Shown here: positions 8,864 through 16,276 of the stretch, one piece after another
Layout of the letters: each line of letters opens with the position of its first letter
Position numbering within the stretch: the first letter of the stretch is position 1
Source of the DNA: Fimicolochytrium jonesii
Lineage: Eukaryota
NCBI RefSeq assembly: GCF_025526975.1
Contig: NW_026515687.1
Location: forward strand, 124,001 to 188,000
Length of the DNA: 64,000 nt
Reading direction: 5' to 3'
Position numbers and translations under genes: made by a program
Notes under the pieces: model-generated
What the model was told of the DNA's origin: nothing
The model's database searches: none
The model's input: the letters and a program-made list of their open reading frames with translations, nothing else

Positions 8864-9855
8864 TACGCAAGGAAGAGTGGCTGCCTGGTAGTTATCCTGG
8901 CACGACACACTGAACAAAGAGTTATTGAGTCGGCACATCGGCGACAATGGGCGTGGCCGCAGTTTAGCGCCACATTTACTCGATCCGTCAAACATACTGG
9001 GCACATGCCTATGGTAGGGGCCTCCTCCGCCTCCTCGTTGATTGCCAAGAGGGCAGCGGCCACGTCACTATTCTGACCCGGGTCCCTGTTTCTGTCTGTC
9101 ATCGCCAGGTTATCCAGATCGGTCAAGAGATCTTCCACCGGGTATCGTCTGTGAGTGTATGAAGGAGGTTTCCTCCAAAGTTTTCCTTGAAACATGGTCA
9201 GCTGTATGGAGATACCTTGGGTGTGCACACCATAGTACACAATGCGATCAAGCTGGACGACAGCGGCTAGCTTGTCTCCTGGGCCTACTAGGTCACCTCT
9301 TGGATCTGTGACCTTTGAGGGTATGAAATCTTCAATGATGTCGCTGGTGTCTCCATCTCGCATAGCAAACTTGAAACAATCGTGTGCTTCCTGAGAGCCA
9401 GGGGGTTTGTAAGGTTGCAGGATGATACTGATTTCGGGAGGGTACTCCTCCAACTCGTTTCTTTTGAAGATGCTAGTGCCGTTGAGAAGCAGGTCGGGCC
9501 GCTGTGCAGACCTTCCTTGACTCCGGATGGTCCATGTAGGATAGGCCGCGTCAATAAGAACCTTGACGCGGCGCTCGAGATCCAATAGAAATCTATGTTC
9601 GCGACTCTGTAAGACAGTCTGGGCCCTCACTTTAATCTTACCCATGGTCCTCCAGTCGGTGGTACCGAATCGGCCACCAAGAGTAGTCAAAGAGTAAGCT
9701 GGTAAAGTAAGATCTTTCAAGACAAAGGTCAGCTTTACCGCGGAGGGTCCATAGAGGACATCGTGGATGCGGCAATTCTCGAGGGTGACAAGCCGACCCA
9801 GCTGGAGACTGCTGAGATCCACAGCATCGGGTTGAAGAACTCTTAGAGCGGGCAT
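8863..9855 (-). CDS. C-terminal C3HC4 RING-finger protein with an N-terminal region resembling NCLDV ssDNA-binding OB-fold proteins
   Basis: RING: CPVCLTDRVNVALNCGHAHCRRCADSITLCSVCRARITTRQPLF. The N-terminal VLQPDAVDLSSLQLG..YPPEISIIL..FKFAMRD..LVGPGDKLAAVVQLDRIVYY..GISIQLTMFQGKL recalls gp2.5-like giant-virus SSBs. The RING is certain and the SSB call is tentative. Confidence 0.75.
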   Translation of the reverse strand: MPALRVLQPDAVDLSSLQLGRLVTLENCRIHDVLYGPSAVKLTFVLKDLTLPAYSLTTLGGRFGTTDWRTMGKIKVRAQTVLQSREHRFLLDLERRVKVLIDAAYPTWTIRSQGRSAQRPDLLLNGTSIFKRNELEEYPPEISIILQPYKPPGSQEAHDCFKFAMRDGDTSDIIEDFIPSKVTDPRGDLVGPGDKLAAVVQLDRIVYYGVHTQGISIQLTMFQGKLWRKPPSYTHRRYPVEDLLTDLDNLAMTDRNRDPGQNSDVAAALLAINEEAEEAPTIGMCPVCLTDRVNVALNCGHAHCRRCADSITLCSVCRARITTRQPLFLA

Positions 9856-9923
9856 GATTACTCCCAAAGTAGTGATCCCGAGAAGTTTTCGCACCGCATC
9901 CTGGGATACTTATAGCGGCCTTG

Positions 9924-9935
9924 TTTATCGATAAA
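9924..9935. promoter_or_regulatory. TTTATCGATAAA palindrome (copy 2) between the divergent RING and ankyrin genes
   Basis: About 70 bp from the RING ATG (9855) and about 78 bp from the ankyrin ATG (10013). Confidence 0.5.
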
Positions 9936-10012
9936 AGCATCAAATAGATGTAGATGACGAATACGTTTTGGAAGCTGTCGCCACATCCCTTTGCTCACCA
10001 TCATACAACGAT

Positions 10013-10969
10013 ATGGCTTTCCCATTCCATCTGCTCTTAGCGCATTGCAAAGGAGAAGTCGTGGTGAATCTTCTCTGCATATCCAGTGTCTATAGAATGG
10101 TTACCCACGCCGACGTGCTAAGGGCCTACCCAACCGGTCAAGATATCGCCAAGTTGCCGAGGCCTCTATGGACAACGTACATCCGCCTCGGCATGGCAGA
10201 CATGCAGAACGCGATAGAGAAGGCAGCGGAACATGCTCATCTGGATGCGATGAAGCTTCTTCTCCGGCCTTGTCACGATGCAACTTACGCCACCCTTTTG
10301 AATAAAGTTGGTCCCCTTGAGTGCTTGGACGATGATGGTGAGATTGAAACCATTCTCGAGTCTCCGCTCGCACACGCTAGCCGCTTGGGTAATCTGGATA
10401 TGATCAAGCACCTCATATCCATTGGAGCCGACGTGAACAGTGACCCGTATGCATTCCGGGACGCATGCACTTATGATCACTTGAACGCTGTCGAGTTTTT
10501 TGTGCGCATCGGCGTCAATGATGACGCAAAGCGATCGGGATTCCTATTCGCTTGTTTTGAAGGACATCTGGACGTCATACAACATCTCGTAAACAAGGGC
10601 TGCCGGGTAGACGCCGAGTGCATTGGCTGGGCAGCACAACGCGGGAAGTTCAGCAAGAAGAATTCCCTTCAGATCATCAAGTATCTCGTTTCTTTAGGGG
10701 ATTGTTTAGCCTTTGATGACATCCTAACAGACGCCATAGAAAGTGAAGCCGATCTGGAGACGATCAAGTATCTAGTATCGCTTGGCGCACAAAAAGACGA
10801 GATGGGCCTTATTGCTGCATGCGCGATGGGTGATACTGAGAAAGCTCAATTCTTCGCACTGCGTATACGGAGGGCCGAGACGCTAGTGGAAGCTGCGAGG
10901 CTGGCGCGTTCTCAGAATTGTGATGATATACATGATTACTGCATGAAGGTAGCGCGCCTGTTTGCGTGA
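10013..10969 (+). CDS. Ankyrin-repeat protein (giant-virus style)
   Basis: Repeats AAEHAHLDAMKLLL, ASRLGNLDMIKHLISIGADV, ACTYDHLNAVEFFV, ACFEGHLDVIQHLVNKG, IIKYLVSLG, TIKYLVSLGA. Intronless. Confidence 0.88.
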   Translation: MAFPFHLLLAHCKGEVVVNLLCISSVYRMVTHADVLRAYPTGQDIAKLPRPLWTTYIRLGMADMQNAIEKAAEHAHLDAMKLLLRPCHDATYATLLNKVGPLECLDDDGEIETILESPLAHASRLGNLDMIKHLISIGADVNSDPYAFRDACTYDHLNAVEFFVRIGVNDDAKRSGFLFACFEGHLDVIQHLVNKGCRVDAECIGWAAQRGKFSKKNSLQIIKYLVSLGDCLAFDDILTDAIESEADLETIKYLVSLGAQKDEMGLIAACAMGDTEKAQFFALRIRRAETLVEAARLARSQNCDDIHDYCMKVARLFA

Positions 10970-10994
10970 GAAAGTATCCGATTCTTTTGTACCA

Positions 10995-12005
10995 ATGCTT
11001 CCACAGAACATGATTCTTTCCGGAACGCTACGAGACCGGCTACTGGGTTGTTTCATCGGCGGCATCGTTGGTGACTCCTTTGGTGCTGCATACGAGTTCA
11101 AAGAACGTGACAGCTATGAAGTGTCTCCCAACATGGAAACCACTGTATTCAATATGCCACCGGGTTCATTTACTGATGATTCGTCCATGATGCTATGTCT
11201 AGCTGCATCACTTATTGAAACGGGTACCTTTTCCCCTACAGATCAGATGGAAAGATATGCACGGTGGCGAAAAGAAGGTTACATGTCCTCAGACGAAAAG
11301 AAAGGATGTTTTGATATCGGGGTCACAACGAGCAGGGCGATCGCACGTTTCCTTTTCAACCAAGAGCTCCGCGAGCGGAAAAGAGAAGCCGCAGAAGCCC
11401 CACCTTTGACCGAGTATCATGGCCTGTCTGACGAGAATGATAGTGGTAACGGCGGGATCATGCGACTAGCGCCGGTACCCATCTTCTATCATAGGGACAT
11501 AGGAAGGGCCGGCTACTATTCTGCACTCTCCTCTAAAGTAACTCATGCGTCTCCAGAGTGCATCGAAGCAGCGGGTGTACTCGGCAAAATCATAGCAAGC
11601 CTTCTACAAGGAGTTTCAAAGGTACACGCTGTAGTAGAGCTACCTGCATCTCTCGTAAGCGGATTGACGTGTGAAAAGGTCATACACATCTGCCAAGGTA
11701 CATTTCTCCGGAAGCAGCGAGACGAAATCAAAACAAGTGGGTATGTCATCGACACGTTGGAAGCAGCGCTGTAGGCTTTCTCTGTGACAGATTTCTATGA
11801 GCAAGGAATGCTTCTTCTGGCCGGTATGGGCTGCGATGCGGACACCGTGTGCGCCGTATATGGCCAGATCGCAGGCGCCTATAATGGTTATGAGGCCATT
11901 CCGAAACGGTGGGTAAACGCGCTCCAGCGAATGTCACTGATAGCGGAGATTGCGACAAGATTGCTTGAAGTTACCGAAGTGATGTCTACGGCGTTGGGGC
12001 GGTGA
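10995..12005 (+). pseudogene. ADP-ribosylglycohydrolase (DraG/ARH family) with a single in-frame TAG at 11772-11774
   Basis: GDSFGAAYEF, FTDDSSMMLCLA, GCFDIGVTT, SGNGGIMRLAP, SKVTH, GYVIDTLEAAL*AF and DADTVCAVYGQIAGAYNG..IPKRW all lie in one frame. The stop replaces the Trp typical of LEAALW (TGG>TAG). Confidence 0.9.
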
Positions 12006-12015
12006 GCGGTTTGAG

Positions 12016-12027
12016 TTTATCGATAAA
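12016..12027. promoter_or_regulatory. TTTATCGATAAA palindrome (copy 3)
   Basis: Intergenic, about 90 bp upstream of ATG 12118. Confidence 0.5.
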
Positions 12028-12117
12028 GAGGGGGTGTATGCATACGTATAGCAATGTGTCGCGTCGCTTTGCAATCATCCTCGCACCTACTCACATCAAC
12101 AAGATCCCCTTGCAGCT

Positions 12118-12675
12118 ATGTCCGGCGATGAAAGCATCGAATGGAACATTCAGAGCATCGCTGCAGCCCGAGGGCGGTTGTTGGAAAGTACCGGACCAAC
12201 GCACATATTGTTTGCGAAACTCCTTTGGCGAACTGCGGAGATCAGTTTGATGAGATGCCAGCTTCGTTCCGGATGCATTCGTTGGACAAAGGCCGACGGG
12301 GGAGAAACAATCATGGCTATATCAGCACGTGCCCTGCAGCAAACTTACGAGAGGATTCGGACCGATGTGGGCATTGCAAAGGAAAACGACATGGAGTCGG
12401 AGGTGGTGTCTCAGGATAAGCAGGATGATACATACGACATCGAGAAGCAACTCTATTGCCTGACAGAGTTCCTGAACAGCCTCTTTGCAGGCGACTGTTT
12501 CGCATTGGTTGGCAAGACCTTTCTCGCTGACACCGTGGCAGAATGGTACAGCAAGTTGACCTTCATAGTCGCTACCATGGTGCGTTCCGTTATTGTGTAC
12601 CAAGTCCTAGAACTGGGCTTTCCCCGCAAAGCGGACGACCAGGAAAAGCTCGCGCGCAGAGCGATGTCCGAATAA
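12118..12675 (+). CDS. Hypothetical protein, 3' end truncated by retrotransposon pol sequence
   Basis: Intronless ORF. Its last codons (from ~12661) are the antisense of RT thumb sequence (FVQGYSDIA). Confidence 0.5.
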   Translation: MSGDESIEWNIQSIAAARGRLLESTGPTHILFAKLLWRTAEISLMRCQLRSGCIRWTKADGGETIMAISARALQQTYERIRTDVGIAKENDMESEVVSQDKQDDTYDIEKQLYCLTEFLNSLFAGDCFALVGKTFLADTVAEWYSKLTFIVATMVRSVIVYQVLELGFPRKADDQEKLARRAMSE

Positions 12676-14360
12676 CCTTGCACGAAGTCGAGGAAGTAGT
12701 TCGTGAACCCGAGAAAGCTTTGAACTCCTTTTGTTGACTTTGGAGTAGCCCAATCCTTAATAGCTTGGATTTTCGAGGGCGCGATGCAAACACCATGTCT
12801 TCACAATATGTCCACACCATTCGAGTTCTTCTTTAGCCCATATGCACTTTGAAGGCTTGATGAAAAGGGCGTGTTCTTCAAGTTTCTTCAGGATACAATC
12901 GACGTGTTCCCGATGATCGGCTAAGGTCTTGGAGAAAATGAAAATGTCGTCCAGGTAGGTAGCAAGGAAATCGTCGTAATCTTTATGGAAGATCTTATTC
13001 ATAGGACGTTGAAATGCAGCAGGTGCGTTGGTAAGTCTGAACGGCATGACCAAATACTCGAAATGTCCGAAGCGAGTTCGTATTGCCGTTTTTTCTCGAT
13101 CTTGTTTTCGTATAAGAGGACAATGGTATGCTTCTCGAATATCGATAAGCGTAAACCATTTACAACCTTGAATGCGATCCCTCATCTCACGGATATTGGG
13201 TAAAGGAGTGCAATCTTTCTTGGTGACAGCGTTGAGACCTCGGTAGTCCCAACAGATGCGTAATCCCCCATCTTTCTTTTTCGCAAAGACGACACTAGCT
13301 CCCCAGGGACTTGAGGAGTGTTGTATCCATCGTTTTTCGAGCATCGAACTGATTTGTTTCTTATGTTCAGCGAGTTCTTCTTTGTTCATGTGCCGAAGAG
13401 GTTGCCAAACGGGGTCAGCACCTTCAGTGAGTTCGATCTTGAACTTATCTTCTCGCGATCAGGGGGTAAACCTTTCGGTTCCTTGAAGAGCGTATTGACG
13501 TATTTATTTAGGATATCTTTAAGATGTCCTGGATTTCCTTTAAGCTCTTGAGGAGCATCCAGTATTTCGTTAAGAGCGAGGCGACAGACCGTGTCTTTTT
13601 CAAACTTGTTCCGTCGCCAAGCCTTATCGAATCGCTTAGAAGTCATTTCTGTGACTTGAGGATTGCAAAGGGCATTGGCTTGAGCGAATCAAGAAACATA
13701 ATGAGGTGCAGCTTGTAGAGGACGTGTATCCACAGGTTTAATGATCCGAACAGGTCGAACAGGTCTTTTATCGTAGACCGGATCTTGTTGTACATCGAAG
13801 TAAGGGTTGTTGTGTTTCGGGATATATTCGACATCTTCCCAGTTTCTTGAAGTTCTTTTGCATTTGATGGTGACAGACTGCGGTGCGTTTGGTATAGGGC
13901 CATGATTGGTCCAGCAAAGGATAGGTAAGGTACTCATCGAGAATTGTTCAGCGTAATTAAAGAAACGTCAAAAAGGCGTTCCAATAATAGCGTCGTAAGC
14001 CAGATTACTGACTAGCCAGGAGAGTTGTCCAACTAAGAAAAGCGACTGAGATTCAAGATCCCATAGATCTAACTTTTCCGAAACGACCGTGTTGAGAATC
14101 ATGTAGGATTCTTTGTCGGCCAGCCATATCTGCTTTGGTTCAATACCTTTCTTGGAAAATTTGTGCTTTTCGACGAATGTCTTGTCAAGAAATAACCCAG
14201 TTGCGCTGCTATCGAAAAGAACACGAGCAAACTTGTTTCCGATGCGACAATGAGAGACCCAGAGTCCAGCAGACAGTGGTTCGAAGGCAGGTTTGTCGGT
14301 AGGATCGTATGTTGTAGGCCGAGCAGAGCTACCGAGGGGCTCTATCGACCTTGGAAAAAA
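12661..14360 (-). pseudogene. pol (aspartic protease + reverse transcriptase), frameshifted
   Basis: RVLFDSSATGLFLD (DSG mutated to DSS), SSPWGASVVFAKKKDGGLRICWDYRGLN, VMPFRLTNAPAAFQR, YLDDIFIFS, KPSKC, VQSFLGFTNYF. Several frameshifts. Confidence 0.92.
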
Positions 14361-15679
14361 CTCAAAGATTGATTTGTAGTAGTATTCGTAGTATTCGCAG
14401 AGTTGACGGCGTCATCGAGAATTTCCGTAATGCGTGACCCAGCATCAACCTGCTTGGCTGAACCTTGTTGTTGATTAGGTTGGCGACTGCGCTGCGGAGT
14501 CTGAGCGCCACGACCGCGCTGTCGAAAACCACCGCGTCGGTTCTGGGTTTGCGAGCCTTGCTGTTGATTTTCAGGATTTGACCAGCATTCAACTCTCCAA
14601 TGTCCCATTTTGTTACAAAGGGGACAAGGAGTCGTTGGACGTTGACGAGGAACATGAGTAGTTTGCCATTGTCCACGTCGACGAAAGGGTTGTCGACACT
14701 GGTAGGGAACTTGACCTGCAGTGAGACGGCTCACTCCAGGGGGATAGTATGACGTACCGAGGGCATTGAGCCCAAAGGTCATATCATCTAAGTCTTGCTC
14801 GAATTCCGTAATTTGAGGATTGGTGTAAGGGGCGAATCGTCCGCCACAACCACCGCCACGACTACCTCGACCGCGGCTGGCTCCATGGCCTCCACAAGCA
14901 CTCGATGCCGAGGCAATTGGACGAGGCGTATTGGCTTGGTTGCCATCAGTGAACCCGTGAGCCACATGAGCACGACGAGCTGCAGTGATAGCTTGATCGA
15001 GAGTGATAGCGGTGTTGATATTGGTAGTGCCCGAGACTTCGAAGTTCGTCACGGCTTCAGCAAGATAATGACCGATTACCGTATTCTTGAGAAGACCGGC
15101 CTTGAAGTATCGAATCTGATTGATAAGGGGAATGGTGCCTTGAGTGTTATCGAGACGATGAGCGGCTTCAAGCTCATTATTGGTGTCCCGAAACTCCTTG
15201 ATATATTTTTCGAGAGAGTCACCAAGCTTAAGACCGGAGAGCTTGAGCTCAATAGTATTACGCAAGTTGCGAGGATAAAAGTGAGGGACAAGAGCCGTTT
15301 CGAAAGCTGTCCAACTTGCGGGAGCGCCAGAGGTGTAAGTCGTATTGTACCACTCAAGAGCAGTACCCTTGAGATAGGTAGTGAGCGTAGGGGCATACTC
15401 TGCCATAGTAAAGGGTATGGCGTTGGCAGCTCCAGTACCGTCTGATCCAGCTTGTACAGCCGGGACAGTAAGAGACTCGAGAAAGTTGTGGTGAGACGTA
15501 ACGAACTCTTCGATCTTTTTGGCAGCTTTGGCGCCATCGTATTCGACGAGCTTGTTCTTGCGAGCGTCCATAAGAAGTCTGAAACGTTCGGCTTGTTGGA
15601 CATCCTGCGTAACAGCACGCTCCCAAGTAGCGAAAGCAGCTGCGACAGCCGCAACGATAGCTTGAGTTTGTTGGTCCAT
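14342..15679 (-). CDS. Gag (capsid + CCHC zinc knuckle)
   Basis: YLKGTALEWY..SWTAFETALVPHF capsid motif, CPLCNKMGHWRVEC knuckle and RG-rich segments. Confidence 0.88.
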   Translation of the reverse strand: MDQQTQAIVAAVAAAFATWERAVTQDVQQAERFRLLMDARKNKLVEYDGAKAAKKIEEFVTSHHNFLESLTVPAVQAGSDGTGAANAIPFTMAEYAPTLTTYLKGTALEWYNTTYTSGAPASWTAFETALVPHFYPRNLRNTIELKLSGLKLGDSLEKYIKEFRDTNNELEAAHRLDNTQGTIPLINQIRYFKAGLLKNTVIGHYLAEAVTNFEVSGTTNINTAITLDQAITAARRAHVAHGFTDGNQANTPRPIASASSACGGHGASRGRGSRGGGCGGRFAPYTNPQITEFEQDLDDMTFGLNALGTSYYPPGVSRLTAGQVPYQCRQPFRRRGQWQTTHVPRQRPTTPCPLCNKMGHWRVECWSNPENQQQGSQTQNRRGGFRQRGRGAQTPQRSRQPNQQQGSAKQVDAGSRITEILDDAVNSANTTNTTTNQSLSFFQGR

Positions 15680-15760
15680 TCTTGCTTGTGAACGAGTGTA
15701 AGGGGGACGTCCGGTAGAGGGGCAACGTTGACGAGGAATGTCTTGGTGATGCTAGCGGTA

Positions 15761-15773
15761 GGTGGTGCTACCA
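15761..15773 (-). other. Primer-binding site, tRNA-iMet-like
   Basis: TGGTAGCACC immediately follows the LTR end ..TTACA and is close to the Ty1/Ty3 iMet PBS TGGTAGCGCC. Confidence 0.65.
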
Positions 15774-16276
15774 TGTAACGTCAGAGGAAACGTAGATGAT
15801 ATTGGGCTTTTCTGAGAGGGCTGAGAGCAGTGTATTGTAGTGAAGAAAAAAGTAAGAAGCTCTTCGCAGCGGCCGCTCGGCTGACAGCTTTATATATGCG
15901 CTGCCAGTGGGGCTTGCGTGGCTTTAGTGAGGCTTGGCGCCTTATGTAATGTATCACCGAGAGCTCGGGTGGCCAGCCCGGGTCTCGGATGAAGTAGAAG
16001 TAAAGAGATATAATATGAAATACAAGTGGAGATGAGATATCCCCGACACTGAGAGCAGTGTATTGTAGTGAAGAAAAAAGTAAGAAGCTCTTCGCAGCGC
16101 CCGCTTGACTGACAGCCTTATATATGGGCTCTCAGTGGGGCTTGCGTGGCTTCAGTGAGGCTGGGCGCCTTATGTAATGTATCACCGAGAACCCGGGTGG
16201 CCAGCCCGGGTCTTGGATCAAGTAGAAGTAAAGAGATATAATATGAAATACAAGTGAAGATGAGTTATCCCCGACA
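15774..16276 (-). repeat. 5' LTR (15774-16048) plus a tandem partial LTR copy (16049-16276)
   Basis: The minus strand starts TGTCGGGGAT and ends CGTTACA. The 228-bp block 15821-16048 is repeated at 16049-16276 with about 15 substitutions, and each copy has a TATATAA. Confidence 0.88.

Larger units (their letters stand above)
2190..12660. mobile_element. Gene-dense, mostly intronless virus-like island (putative endogenous giant-virus fragment), partly pseudogenised
   Basis: About 12 tightly packed short ORFs, nearly all intronless, in contrast to the intron-rich host genes. Content is ankyrin, F-box-like, RING/SSB-like, N6/N4 DNA methylase, ART and ARH. There is an island-restricted TTTATCGATAAA motif and sharp boundaries at the telomeric tract and a Gypsy pol junction. 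Confidence 0.6.
12661..16276 (-). mobile_element. Ty3/Gypsy LTR retrotransposon, degenerate and 3'-truncated (no RNase H, integrase or 3' LTR)
   Basis: LTR TG..CA, PBS, gag with a CCHC knuckle, protease (VLFDSSATG), and RT directly after protease (Gypsy order). Confidence 0.93.

Noticed and set aside
2190..12660. Complete provirus or Starship-type element
   Set aside because: No capsid, PolB, packaging ATPase or RNA polymerase was recognised, and there is no captain-type recombinase as first gene. Several genes are broken.
2190..12660. Bacterial contaminant or prophage
   Set aside because: It contains a spliceosomal-type intron and eukaryote-directed domains (RING, F-box-like, PPxY), and shows no operon-like layout.
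14795..15774. Long overlapping ORFs 14795..15445 (+) and 15076..15774 (-)
   Set aside because: Alternative-frame or antisense shadows of gag with no recognisable motifs.
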